Positions 36,729 to 53,209 are shown, counted from the first letter of the stretch. The stretch is DNA of 64,000 nt from Dictyostelium discoideum (GCA_000004695.1 CM000152.2:640001-704000); one strand, 5' to 3'. The notes: generated by a model not told the origin, from the sequence alone. A program made the numbers and translations.

Positions 36729-39700
36729 ATGAAGAAATATAATTTTTTATTTTTAATTTTTATTTTAATACATATATCACAAAAAACTTATTCCCAATCA
36801 AGTAAGTGGAAAAAAAAAAATAAAAAAAAAATAAAAAAAAATAAAAAATAATAATAATCAACCAACAAATTTTTTTATTTTAAAATTAAGCTATTAAATT
36901 GAGTTTTTTGGTGTACGATCACACTCCATCAAGAAATCCAGATTTCGAAGCTGCAAATAGTGGAAGGGTTGAAAAGGGTTTAGTAAAAACAGATTTAGGA
37001 GCTGATGGAACACCAGTTTATTGTTGTGGCAGAACCAAGAAAGCATCAATAACAAGTGAAACAACTTTTTATTCTTGGTTTCATAATAAACCTGGTACAA
37101 ATTTACCAATTAATAAAGAAATTACATTGACTCAAAGTACAACAAATCCAAACATTTATTCTTATACCAATGGATCATTTTTTATTATTGACGGAGAAGG
37201 TTTTGATGATAAAGTAATTTTTTTAAATTTATAATATTTTTATTTATAAAATTTAATTTTAATTTTAATTTTTTTTTTTTTTTTTAATTATTAAAATGAT
37301 AAAAAGACAAAATATCCCAACGAAAAGTTATATTATGATCCTGCTAAAAAAGCAAGAAATTTTCATTATTGTATGTAAATCTTATTTTCATTTGAAAAAA
37401 AAAAAAGCTAATAACATTCAATTCAATAGGTGCTCAGGCTCATACACAATTCCAATATAAAACAGGTGATATTTTTTCATTTACTGTATGTTAAAATAAT
37501 TTTTTAAACAAAAATTTATAAATTTAATATTAAATATTTTAAAAAACAATTTAAAGGGCGACGACGATGTTTGGGTTTTTATAAATAATAAACTTGCTGT
37601 TGATTTAGGTGGAATGCATCCACTCTTCATCATCAATTAATCTAGATCAATTAGGGTTGACAAATGGCGCAAATTATAACTTTGATTTTTTTTATTGTGA
37701 AAGACACACTGATGGCTCAACAATACAAATTACAACATCATTAAAATTTGTTTGTCCGTAAGTTTTAGATTTTAAATTAACAAAATAAGAGAAAAAGAAA
37801 AAAAAACAAAAATTAATAAAGTATAATTTAATTATTAGATTTTATGATGGATGTGGAGTTTGCCAAGGTGATAACTCAAGTTGTTGTTTGCCAAGTAATT
37901 GTGACCAAAATCCAAAATATACTGCAAGTTGCCTCCAAGCAAAATGTGTTAATGGTCTTTGCAATGTTCCAGTAACTAGTTGTTCATCTGCAACTCCTTG
38001 TTTTGACAGCGTTTGTACACCATTTGTTGGATGTTCATTGGTACCAAAAAATTGTTCATCTGCCGACTATTGTAGATTGGATTACTGCAATCCAACCATT
38101 AATGCTTGTCAACATGATCCTATTCCTGATTGTATTAGTGTAAATATTTTTTAAATTTTTTAAAAAAAAAATTTTAAAAATTATATAGATTTTAATTTAT
38201 CATTTTATAGTGTTCAAATATAGGTTGTTTAACAACAGATAAATGCTTCCCAAAATCGTATGTTCATTAATGATTTTATTTTAATTTTTAAAAAAGCTAA
38301 AAGTGCTCTAACTTTGATTATATTTTTTATAACCTTCTAAAATATAGATGCAGTCCAGATGGAAAAAGTTGCATTACCAATACAAAATCATGTGATGATA
38401 ATAACCCTTGCACTACAGATACTGTAATATTATATTAAAAATAATTATATTTTTTATTTATTTATTAATTTTAGTTAACCATTTTCCCCCTAAATCACAG
38501 TGTTCAAATGGTAATTGCTTTTACCAAATTATTCCAGATTGTATAAATTGTGGTGGTAACCAATGTTTCAATACTGATAAATGTAATCCAACATCGTAAG
38601 TAAAACAATTTATTTTTGTTTATATTTAATTATCTGGATAATTAACAATATAAAAAATTAAATTATAGATGCGCTTCTGATGGTAAATCATGTGCTCAAG
38701 TCCATGTACTTTGTGATGATCAAAATCACTGTACAGATGATAGTGTATGTAAATAATTGTATTGCTTTTTTTTTTTCTTTTTTTTTGGACATGTGGAAAA
38801 TAAAAAAATCACACCCCACATTCCAACAACTTTGTTAACAAAATTTTTTATTTTCCTCAACTTACAATTTAAAAAATAAATAAATAATTTATAGTGTTCA
38901 AATGGATATTGTATTTCAAATCCTATACCAAATTGTATTGATTGTCCAGACACTGCTTGTATAACAACAGATTTTTGTAATGTTCAAGTGTAGGTTTAAA
39001 ATTAATCTAAAAAATTTAATTAACCAAATTATTAACAATACAAATGATTTTTATTATATTTTATACTAAATAGATGTAGCCCAGATGGAAAAAGTTGTGT
39101 TTCATCTCCAAAAAATTGTAATGATACCAGTTTTTGTACTATTGATAGGTAAATACAAATATTTTATTTGTTTAAAATTTAAAATTTGGATTTTCTAATT
39201 TTAATTATTTATATTTATTAGTTGTAATTCACCAAATGGAACGTGTTCACATTCATTTCCAGATCCTAAATGTGTATCTTGTGCATCCACATCATGTACT
39301 ACAACTGATGATTGCTTAGTTCAAGTTTGTAGTGATGATGGAGCCAGTTGTAATTCAATACCAAAAAATTGTGATGACAAAAACCCTTGTACACAAGATA
39401 GGTAAATATATTTTTATTTCATTAAAATAAAAACAAAAAGAATCAAAATTTTCAATTTTTTAATTATTATTTTAAATAAATAGTTGCTCAAATAATGGAG
39501 TTTGTGCATACACTCCCATTCCAAATTGTTCAATTTGTAACAGTACTTTCGGCTGCATTACCACCGATTTATGTCAACCAATGGTTTGTACAGATCCAGA
39601 TCTTAAATGTGAGATAGATCAAACTCTATGTAATGATGATAACTTTTGTACCACTGATAGTTGCTCAGGAAATGGTATTTGTGCACACACTCCTGTTGAT

Positions 39701-42700
39701 AGTTGTTTAACCTGTTCAAAAAATATTGGTTGTATTACTGTAGATAAATGTAATCCTCAGATGTATGTAATCATTATACCACTAATTAAAATAAATTTAA
39801 TTTTCCATCCCAATTAACTTTTTTTTTAAAAAAAAAAGCTGTTCAAATGATAATAAATCATGTATCACCGGAGATAATGGGTGTGATAAAGGTGATAAAT
39901 GTTCAATAGCTTCATGTGAATCGCCAGCAGGTAATTGTAAATCAACTCCAGTAGTTTGTGATGATAATGATCCTTGTACAATTGATAGGTAAATATAATT
40001 ATTAATAAAATATCATGATTTTAATTATAAACCTCTAACATCCTCTTTTAATTATTTTAATAGTTGTAACCCAGCAGATGGAACTTGTGTACATCAAGAT
40101 ATTAATAACTGTGCTGAATGTGGTAAACTTGGATGTATTACAAGCAATCCTTGTCAGCCAGTTTCTTGTTCAATCACTGGCACAGAATGTAATAAAACAA
40201 AAATTTCATGCGATGATAAAAATCATTGCACTCAAGATGCGTAAGTAAAAAAAAAAGAAAAAAAAACTTGTTAAAAGATAAACTATATTAATATTTTAAA
40301 ATAATTCTTTTTTTAGATGTTCGATAAAAGATGGCTCTTGTTATCATGCAACAATTAATAATTGTATTGATTGCGCAAATCAAGCGTGTATTGTAAGTTT
40401 AAAAACATTTTTTGATAATATGTTTTTAAAAAATACTAATTACTATTTAAATTTGGAACAATAGACATTTGACGCTTGTAAACCAAAAAAATGTGGAGCT
40501 GATGGTAATTGCTATGAAGATCCAGTAACCTGCGATGATGGAAATGGGTGTACAATTGATAGTTGTTCAAGAAATGGTACTTGTTCAAACAAATTAATTG
40601 AAAACTGTGTTAGTTGTAATAGTAGTTTTAATTGTATAACAACCGATTTTTGTGATCCACAAATTTGTTCAGGTGACCCATTAAATCTTAGCTGTATTAA
40701 AAATATGTCAATGTGTGATGATGGAAATTATTGCACAACGGATATATGTTCTGGTAATGGAGTTTGCTCTCACTCATCACCCGATCCTTTATGTAGATCA
40801 TGTAAATCAACAAACTGTACAACAACTGATTTATGTCAACTTCAAATATGTAGTGCGGATGGTAGTGGTTGTGAAACTGATCAAAAAGGTCTTTGTGATG
40901 ATAAAGGTAAAATACAATTATATTCAATTTTAATTCAATTAATTCTAATTCAAATTCTTTTTTTTTTTTTTTAGATCCATGTACAACCGATCTTTGTGAT
41001 AAAGGAGTTTGTACTCACCCAAAAATTACTGATTGTATGGCATGTAATGAAACATTTGCTTGTATTGTAAGTTTTTTAATAATATTTGAAAAAAGTATTA
41101 CTATTACTAATTATTTTTAAAATTATAATTATGATATAGACAACAGTATTTTGTGAATATCAGATATGTAGTAGTGATAAAACCCATTGTATTCAAACAG
41201 AAAGAAATTGTGATGATCAAAATGAATGCAGTACTGATTTTTGTCAAAGTAAATATTAATATATGTTTATTTTTACTATTTTATAATTTTTAATTTTAAA
41301 ATCTAATTTTATAAAATTCTTTTTTAGACGATCAATGTTCTCATTATTTTCCTAAAGATTGTTTCTTGTGTGGAAATCAAACCTGCCATGATTATGACAT
41401 ATGCTACCCAGCCTATTGTGATATCAGCACTTCCACTTGTGCCAACACTACTTTGACTTGTGACGATAAGGACCCATGTACAAAAGATATTTGTTTTTCA
41501 GGAACGGGTTGTGGATTTGTAACTATAGATAGGTGTACAAAATGTAATGAAACTGTAGCATGCATTGAAAAGGATTTATGTAAATCATTGCAATGTCCTG
41601 CCGATGGGTCTGATGAATGTATTTCCTCTGATAAGAATTGTGATGATGGTAATCCATGTACATATTCAGAGTGTGATCCTGAAACTGGTTCATGTATAGA
41701 TTCATTCATTGAAGGTTGTTCACTTTGTTCAAAGCCAGGTGTATATTGTTATTCACAAGATAAATGTTCACCATTAATTTGTAATGATGCTGGAGATGGT
41801 TGTGTTCAAATAAGTCCAAATTGTTCAGATCACCAACGTTGTACGAATGATACTTGCTCAGATGGCCACTGTATAAATACTCCAATCGAAAATTGTATGG
41901 AATGTATTAAAAATTTTCAACCAGTTTTTTCATTCATGGATGTTTCATTATTCTCGGATAATCCCTCAAATGATTCTTTTGGCTGCTACTCCTCAGATAA
42001 ATGCGTTCATGTTGACTGTTTAACTGATCATAGCTGCAATTATACTAAAATCGTATGTGAACCAGACAATTCATGTCATGATAGTTATTGTGATCAAGGA
42101 ATTTGTTATTCTATACCAAAAGAAAATTGTGAAGTTTGCTCAAAAACTTTATATTGTATAACTGATAACCCATGTGAGCCTAGTGTCTGTTCAGATAATA
42201 AAGATTCATGTATCACCAAACCTTTAAATTGTGATGATGATGATAGTTGTACAATAGATTCTTGTAGTCCTGATACCAATTGTACTCATACCCGTATTGC
42301 AGGTTGTCGAGCAGTTCCAACAACAACTGGAATAGCACCTCACACTCACTATTGTGACTATTGTCATGATACTGAAATATGTATTCTAATTGGTGATGTT
42401 CCTACTTGTGTACCAACATCAACAACATCATCAATACCATTAACAACAGTAACAACAGATATTGAATTAGTTGTTACATCTGGTATATATTCCACTGGCC
42501 ATTTCACTGAAAGTGGAACCACTTTTGGAGATAAACCCAGTACAACCACGTCAGAATTAGTATCAACAACCTCCTCTACACCTCCTTATTACAATCTTTG
42601 CGATAGAGTAAGATGCGGTAAAGGTTTAGAATGTTATATGATTGATAATAAACCTGAATGTCTACCATCAAATTACCAATGTATGGACTGTTGGGATTTA

Positions 42701-42811
42701 CTTTGTCATCTTCAAGATTTATCTTGTAAAATGGTTTTAAATCCCCATTTCATTACTGATAAATATGGTCAAGTTTGTTGTAAATTCATACCAACGTGCA
42801 TACCAAGATAA
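36729..42811 (+). CDS. psi/PA14-family-like secreted protein: signal peptide, PA14 domain, >25 cysteine-rich ~25-aa repeats (Dictyostelium prestalk/psi CTDC-like), S/T-rich stalk, Cys-rich C-terminus; ~21 exons; apparent frameshift in PA14 exon (possible pseudogene)
   Basis: Exon 1 is MKKYNFLFLIFILIHISQKTYSQS. The PA14 exons read ...YDHTPSRNPDFEAANSGRVEKGLVKTDLGADGTPVYCCGRTKK...FFIIDGEGFDDK | TKYPNEKLYYDPAKKARNFHY | CAQAHTQFQYKTGDIFSFT | GDDDVWVFINNKLAVDLGG / ECIHSSSSINLDQLGLTNGANYNFDFFYCERHTDGSTIQITTSLKFVCP. The repeat exons then follow the pattern CS(P/N)DGKSCxxxxKxCDDxNxCTxD | CSNGxCxxxxIPxCxxCxxxxCxTxDxCNP. They are split by 65-100 nt introns with GTAAGT/GTATGT/GTAAAT donors at recurring phase-2 / phase-0 positions. 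The terminal exon (about 41328-42811) is the 481-aa ORF. Confidence 0.7.
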
Positions 42812-43078
42812 ATTAAATTCTAAAACTATAGAAATGCATAATTAGGAGAAAAAAAAAAAAAAATTTTGAAAAAAATAAAAAAAAATTGGATAAAAAATGA
42901 CAACATCTGCTATAAATAAAAAATTAAAAATAAACATTACAAAAAAAAAAAAATTTATTATTTTTTATAATACCAACACTGACTCAACAAAGATATTTTT
43001 TTTTTTTTTTTTTTGATTGTTTTTTCATTTTCACTTGCCCAATTTTTTTTTTTTTTTTTTTTTTTTAATTTTACAAAA

Positions 43079-45187
<2,109 letters not shown>

Positions 45188-45279
45188 ATTGGCTTTATTA
45201 AATTGGTGTCACTGTGTAAATTTATTAATCAATTAAATACCTCTGGGTGTTTTTTATCTTTTTTTTTTTTGTGTGTGGT

Positions 45280-45316
<37 letters not shown>

Positions 45317-46503
45317 TTAATTAATTATTTATTTTAATGTAAAAGAGACACCCACACACTTTTTATCACAATTAACACAAACCAAATTAATTAACTGAAA
45401 AAATAATTTTTTGGAAAAAAAAAATAAAAAAACAAGCAAGAAAAGATAGAGGTATTTATTCAATTTAAAAATAGATTTTACTACAATGGTTGTTTTTTAA
45501 GTAGAACATTTTTGTAGGTTATACACATCATTTAAAAAAAAAAAAATAAAATAAAATAAATAAAATAAATTAAAATAAAAATTTAATAATGATAATAAAT
45601 TAACTTTTTAATATTTTATTATTAATTTTTTTTTTTTTTTAATAATGTGTATAAATATTTTTTTTTTTTTTTTTTTTTTTATTATTTCTAATTATTAATT
45701 TAAACGATTTTTAAAAAATATATCATTTTGTTTTCCATTTCACATATTATTTACATATTTTATTTTTAATTTTTTTTTTTTTTTTATTTTTATTATTATT
45801 TTTTTAATATTATATTTTTATTTTATTTTATTTTATTTTTTATTTTATTTTGTTTTTGGTTTTTTTATTATTATTATTTTTTTGTTATCAAATTAATAAT
45901 TTTTTTTTTTTTTTTTTTTATAATTTATTATTATTATTTATTATTAAAAATAAATTTTTTTTTTTTTTTTTCATTATTGTTATTTTTTTTTTTTTTTTTT
46001 ATTCAATTAATATTTTTTTTTTTTTTGGTTATATATTTAATTATTTTTTTTTTAATTTTTTTTTTTTAAATTTTCTTTTTTTTTTTTTTTAAAAAATATA
46101 TTTATTTTTAATTTTTTTTTTTTTTTTTTATACAAAAATCAACATCCATATCTATTTTAATTTTTTTTTTTTTTTTTTTTATTTTTTTTTAATTATTAAA
46201 TTTTTTCATATTTTTTTTTTTCGTATTTTTTTAAAAATTTATTTTATTTTAAATTTATATTTAAATTACGTTCGTTTTTCGCTTCACGAAAAAAAAAAAA
46301 AAATAAAAAATAAAAAAAAAAAAACAAAAAAAAAAAAAAAAAAAAATTTTACTGCAAACTTGATACGTCCAAAAACATATCCAACAATAAAAATATCATC
46401 GTTTATATATACTTAAATAATATAACACAATAATATATAATATTAAAGTTGTAATAACAAAAAAAATAATAATAATAATAATAATAATAAAAATAATAAT
46501 AAT

Positions 46504-46538
<35 letters not shown>

Positions 46539-46927
46539 TATCTTTTTTTTTTTTTTTTTTTTTACAAATAAATTATTAATTAATAATTTCATAATTATTA
46601 AAACCACCACTTCACCCACACACAACCAAACCAAACCCCACTTAAAAAAAAATATCACCATTAAATTATAATTATTATTACTTTTTTTTTTAACAAATTA
46701 GAAAATATTTTTAAAATAAAAATAATTAAAAATAAATAATTTTTTTTTAAAAAAAATAAAATAAAAAGTTAAAAATAAATTATAATAAAAAAAATTTTAT
46801 AATTTAATAATTTACAATTTTATTAATATTAATAATAAAAAAATAAAAATAATAAAAACAAATAAATATATAATAATCCATTTTTTTTTTTAAAAAAAAA
46901 AAAAAGAAAAAAAAAAAAAAAAAAAAA

Positions 46928-47072
46928 ATGAAATCTATGCAATACCATCCACCAACAACCACATTGGTTAGTGAGTTTAATAAAGAAAAATATAATAATA
47001 GTAACCATTATAATGATAATAATGATAATAATAATAATAATAACAATAATAATAATGATAATAATAATAATG

Positions 47073-47105
<33 letters not shown>

Positions 47106-47971
47106 GTATTATTAATAATGAAAGCGATAACGAATCTAATGGCACCAGTAACAACTATAACGATGAAGCCAATGATAACCACCACCACCACCAAGATGAC
47201 GAACACCATGGTAATGGTAACGACAATGATAATGAAAATTACAACAATCAAAACGTGAACCACGAAAAATTGGCAAGCATTAAAAACAAAAACTACAACA
47301 ACAATGAAAGCGACAATGAATCAATCGAAGAAATTAATTCAAATCATAATAATGATAATAACAATAACACAAACAATAATGACAACAGCAGCAATAATAA
47401 TAATAATAATAATAATAGTAATAATAATAATAATAATAATAGTAAAGAAATAAATGAAGATAAAGAAAACTATAACAACTGTGACCAACACCACCACAAT
47501 CATAATAATAATAACAACAACAAATACAATGGTGGTAGTAGTTATAATTACAATAGTAAAAATTGTAAAGAATATATTAACAATCTTGAAAACTTATTAA
47601 AACTATCAAATAAAGAAAATAAAGAACTCTATGAGAAAATCATTAGTTTGGGTAGTATTTTAAATGAAAAGAAAACACTTCTTTCAAAGTATCGTAATGT
47701 TTTAATCGACTATCTTGAAGATGTCCACATTTACGATGAAAACGGTAATGCTAATCCAAACTATGACAATTATAATAACACACAACAAAAATCAATTAAA
47801 GATTTCGATGTTGGTAAAGATTTAGTTAAATCAAATTTAAATTTACAATTTCATAATTATAATAATAAAGATTATAATAAAGAATATAATAATAACAACA
47901 ACGGCAACAATAATAAAGATTATAATAATAATAAGGAATATAACAATATTAATAATAATAATATCAGTAGT

Positions 47972-48010
<39 letters not shown>

Positions 48011-48410
48011 AGTAGTAATAAAGAATATAAAGAAAAAGAATATAAAGAAAAAGAATATAAAGAAAAAGAATTTAAAGAAAGTAAAGATTCATCATTAAAA
48101 AGAAAAAGTAGTAGCGATGACGATGGTGATGATTCTGGAAGAGATACTAAAAAATATAAACCTGGAAGAACCGTTTGGACATTAGAAGAAGAAGAACTCT
48201 ACAAAGAAGTATTCAATCATTATGGAAAGAATTGGAAAAAGATTAAAACTCATTTCCCTGATAAATCAAAATCTCAAGTAACAAGTCATGGTCAATATTT
48301 AATTAAAATTAATAAATTACAAGATTTACAAAAAGTTAAATCACCTCCAACTTTAAATATAACTTTAAATGATATAATTGAACAATTAAAACAACAACAG
48401 CAACAACAGC

Positions 48411-48466
<56 letters not shown>

Positions 48467-48622
48467 AATAATATTGTTATTAACAACGAAAATACTAACG
48501 ATAACAATAATCATAATAATAATAATTATAATGACAATAACAATAACAGTAACAACAATAATAATTTTAATAATAGTAATAATAATAATACCAATAAATT
48601 TATTGATGAAGATGATGACTAA
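46928..48622 (+). CDS. Myb-like (SHAQKYF-class single Myb/SANT) DNA-binding protein with poly-N, poly-H, poly-Q and (EYKEK)n tracts
   Basis: This is a single exon. The Myb/SANT domain is GRTVWTLEEEELYKEVFNHYGKNWKKIKTHFPDKSKSQVTSHGQYLIKI. It has conserved W...W...W spacing and an SHGQY motif, compared with SHAQKYF in the class. The rest is low complexity: N-runs, HHHHQDDEHH, Q25 and KEYKEKEYKEKEYKEKEFKE. Confidence 0.75.
48391..48465 (+). repeat. (CAA)n/(CAG) repeat encoding poly-Q (~25 Q) within the Myb gene
   Basis: This is a direct read of caacaacag...caacaa. Confidence 0.9.
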
Positions 48623-49223
48623 TAAAATTTTTATTTATTTATAAAAAAAAAAAAAAAAATGTTGCTTTTACGAAAATGCATACACACAAAAAATCTGATT
48701 TTTTTTTTTATTTCACACATTTTTAAAAATCGATTTCCCAAAATTTGGTCCATATTTTTTTTTCTTTCGTTTTTTTTTTTTTTTTTTTTTTTTATTTTAA
48801 GTGGGAAAAAAATAAAAAAATAAAACAGATATATTTATTTTCTTTAAAAAAGGAATAAAAAACTAATTAATCATTTATTAATTAATTTATACCTTTTTTT
48901 TATTTTTTATTTTTTAATTCTAACAATTACAATAGTTTTATTTTGATGAAACTTTTTTTTTTAGTTTCTTTATTTATTTATTTATTTATTTTATTTTATT
49001 TTATTTATTCATTTTTTTTTTTTTAAATTTATTTATTTATTTTCTATTTATAGTTTTATTATTAAACATGAAGTTGGAATTTTTTTTTTTTTTTTAGTCA
49101 TTTTTTATTTTTTTTTTAGTCACTTTTTAATTTATTTTTTATATTTTTCGAATTTTTTTTTTTTTTTTTTCATTTTTGTTTGTTTTTCAAAGTCATAAAA
49201 ACAAATAGAAAAAAAAAAAAAAA

Positions 49224-52200
49224 ATGACAACAGAAAAAAGTAAAGATTTAAAAGGACTTTTAAATGAAAATGATGATGATGATGAAATGCCTTTCAATAT
49301 TGAAGAGATTGGTATCAAGATTCATGATATTTTAGTTAATATACCACCACCATCAAAAGAAACTAGTTCTCTAAATTTTCAAGAGAACCTTTCCGAAGTA
49401 GAAGAATCATCAGATTCAGAGGATGATAAAGAAGAAAGTGATGATGATGAAGAAGATGATGATGAAGAAGATGATGATGATGATGAGGGTGGTATTTCAA
49501 AAGAAGAAATATTAAGACAAAGTAAAAATATAGCATTTCCAGAACAAAAAGCAAAGAAAAGACCAGCAACACCAAAGATAGTTTCAGTTTTATCACAAAA
49601 AAAAGTAGTTGATAAAGCTGATAAATTCGATATGGATACATTTAAAACAACAATATCAGGTAGTACTTCAAAGAAAAAGAAATCATTATTACCAACTGAA
49701 CAAGATAAAGAAGAAGAAAGAAAAAGAAGAGAAAGAGATAGTGATGATGATGGTAATGCTGATGATGATGATGATGATAATGACAAAATGAATATTGATA
49801 GTAATAATAACAATAAAACCACAACTACAACTACTACAACTACAAATAAAATACCAAAGAAAAAGAAAAAGAAAAGATTTTATTCACAACAAGAGATTAG
49901 AATTCCAAAAGAAGTTAGAAAATTATTAGTTGGAGGTAATGAACAATATACAAAGGGTAATTTTGATCTTGCATTTTCAACTTATGCAGAAGTTGTTAGA
50001 ATGTTACCACGTTTATCGATACCCTATAATATTTTAGGTAAAATTAAAGAAAGTCAAGGTGAAATGGAGGCAGCATTAGGTTTCTATGTTTATGGTGCAC
50101 AAATGCAAGGTTCAAATGGTGATTGGTCAAGTATTGGTGTAAGAGCAAAAGAGGCGGGTCAAATGGAGACAGCATTATATTGTTTTTCACGTGCTTGTAG
50201 AAATGATGAAACCGATTTAGATTCATTTTGGGAGAAAAGTTTAATACTCATTCAAAAAGGTTTCTACAAGAGAGCATTGAAAATCCTAACCAAATTAAGT
50301 AAATACACCAATGGTTCACCACAGGTACTTCAAGAGTTGGCTAGAGTGTATTCTCATCTCTCTCAATATCATGATGCTTCTGCAATGATTTCAGAGGTAG
50401 TAGACGAACAACTATTGTCAAATAAATCATTGGATGATGTCTCTTTGGATAGTGTTAATTTAATGATGGAATTAAAGAATAAAACTAGAAACTATCAAGA
50501 TACCATCACCATTTTCAATAAAATCACAGCAAAGTATGGTAATGACTCTGAAGTTCCTTTTGATTTGGTTTTCAATGCTTGTCAAGCCTATTATTCACTT
50601 GGTACTGATTTCGGTAATGAACGTGGTTCAAAATTATTACACTTAAGATTGTTACCATTGGATCCATCAGAATATGGTGATCTATTCACTTCATTAGCCG
50701 ATGAATTATTTGCTTTAGGTAAATATCAAGATGCATTGGTTGTTTATTTACATCTAAAGGATACAGACTTTGATATTCCTTCAAATTGGGTAAAAATCGC
50801 AGATATTCATAGATCCACTAAAAATTATGAAGTTGCCATTGAATACTTTTCAAAAGCAAATGAAAGAGTACCTGGTAATGTTCATACAACCTTAGCAATG
50901 AGTGAAATTTATAAAGAAATGGGTGATGATGAAAAAGCATTACAAATTTTAAATCAATCTTCAACAATTTCAAATAGAAATGATCAAAGTGAAAAAGAAT
51001 TATTTGAAAGTACTTTAAATGAGTTAAATTCAAAAAGAAATGCTTATTTAAATTCAATTAAAAATAATTCATCAACAGCAGCAGCAGCAGCAGCAGCAGC
51101 AGGAGGAGCAACCAATACAACATCAACAAGTGGTGCAAAAGAAAGTAATCCAGTTGGACTTGATGTTACAAAAGAAGATGTTAAATTATTTTATAGACAT
51201 GCTCAAGCATTTTTAAATTTATCAAAGTATTCTCAATATTTAGGTATTGCAACAGCATTATTACATGGTTCAACCGATAGATATATTTATCGTAGAAAAG
51301 TTGGTGTTGGTAAATTTAAAAAGAGAAAGCGTGTAAAGAGATCAAAGAATCCATACTCTATAGAGATGTATAAACATCAATCAGAACATCCATACGCAGA
51401 GTTATTAGATGAAGAAGATTATTTCAATCTCCTTTTAGATAGTTCAAAAATATTTGTACATTTAAATCGTCAACAAGAAGCAAGTCAATATCTTCGTTAT
51501 GCATTACGTAATATCCATTTTGAAAATGGTTTATTCTCTCATCAATTAAAATTCCTTACTGTGGCAGTTGCTTTCAATGATAAAAATTATTATTTAGCTT
51601 ATAAACATGTTAAATATGTTTGTTCAAAGAAACCATATAGTAATAGAGTTTGGAATCTTTTTAATAAAATCATTGTAAAGTAAGTATATAATATTAATAT
51701 ATATGTGAAAAAAAAAAAAAAAAAAAAAAAAAACATATGTTTACATTTTATAAATTATTAATAATTTTTTTTTTTTTTTTTTTTTTCCTCTTCTCTCTCT
51801 TTTTAGTTATGGTAATAGATCAACAGTACAAAATAGATTTTTAACAAAAATTAATGAAAAATATTCAGATAGTATACCAGTTTTAATTATGTTGGGAAAT
51901 CAAAATAAACAAACTGATAATGCAAGAGGTGCATTGTTTGAATATATTAAAGCCTATAGATTATGTCCAGATGATCCTTTGATTAATTTATTGATTTCAG
52001 TTTTAATTCTCTCACAAGTTATGGGTAGAAAACAAGCAAATAGACATCGTATAGCAATTACATCATACTCATTCTTATATAAATATTATAATCTTAGAGG
52101 TAAATCTCAAGAATCTTTATATAATCTTGGTAGAGGTTATCATCAATTAGGTATATACAATATGGCAATTAATTATTATGATATGGTTTTAAATTATGAA

Positions 52201-52344
52201 GATGAAATCGATGAAGAAACTGGTGAAATCAATAAAAATGATTCTTTGAAATGTGAAGCAGCTTTTAATCTTTCTTTAATCTATAAATCAAAAGGTAATA
52301 CTAGTCTTGCTAATGAAATCTTAAAAAAATATATTGTTGTGTAA
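49224..52344 (+). CDS. TPR-repeat protein, likely RNA polymerase III transcription factor TFIIIC subunit (GTF3C3/TFC4-like); 2 exons approx join(49224..51679,51807..52344)
   Basis: An acidic N-terminus (SDSEDDKEESDDDEEDDDEEDDDDDEGG) is followed by multiple TPR-like helical pairs: YTKGNFDLAFSTYAEVVRMLP, ALGFYVYGAQMQGSNGDW and ALYCFSRACRNDETDLDSFWEKSLILIQKGFYKRALKIL. The C-terminal exon has ARGALFEYIKAYRLCPDDPLINLLISV...LYNLGRGYHQLGIYNMAINYYDMVL. A GTAAGT donor in phase 2 pairs with a CTTTTTAG acceptor. The total of 2994 nt is divisible by 3. Confidence 0.6.
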
Positions 52345-52442
52345 ATAATTTCAAAAAATAAATAAACAAAAAATAAATAATAAATAAATAAATAATATTA
52401 CCATTAAAAAAAAGATTTACTTTATTTATTTTATTTATTTAT

Positions 52443-53113
52443 TTATTTTATTTTATCATAACATAATAAAAAATTATTTTCATTTTCTTGATAGAGAACC
52501 CTTGATTTTAAAATTGAATATAAGAAAATAGAAAGTGATAAATGACCATTCTCCAATGCCCTTTCAACGATTGATGTATGAAATCTGGATTTATCATGGT
52601 TATTTTCAGAATTTTCAAAAAGGAATGGATGGTTTTTATAACAATATTTAATCAAATGCAAATTTCCCATTTCAATTGCTCTTTTTAATATTATTGTTGT
52701 TGGAAAACAAGCATGATTATTTCCAGAAATTGAATTTTCGAAAAAAAATGGTACTCCAGAATTTTGAAAGGTTTCAATTATATTTGAAAGGAATGATAAA
52801 TTACTTTCGCATGACCTTTCACCAATTTGATTTAGGACGGTTAAAGGCATATTTAGAAAATCTTTTGGATCATTTAGAAATATACCTTTATTATATTTAA
52901 AAAGTTTAAAGATTGCTGAGCCTAAATACTCTACTTTGAAATCTTCATTCTTATTCAAATAAATCCAATTTATTGCATCAACCCATTGTTTTGATAAATT
53001 CTTTTCCATTAATTGAATAATAGTAGTTTCTGAAAATCTTTCATTACTTCTTTGATCAATTATAGTTTTAAGTTGTTCAAGTGTACTTAAATCGTTATCA
53101 TCATTATTCAAAC

Positions 53114-53209
<96 letters not shown>

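Noticed and set aside
46829-47263. Poly-I/V ORFs overlapping the Myb gene 5' end (46829..47263 - and 46971..47258 +).
   Set aside because: They are alternative-frame or antisense readings of (AAT)n/(GAT)n coding repeats. The long sense ORF 46928..48622 explains the region.
49363-49824. Three minus-strand ORFs rich in S/L/H.
   Set aside because: They are the antisense of the acidic (GAT/GAA-repeat) N-terminal region of the TFIIIC-like gene.
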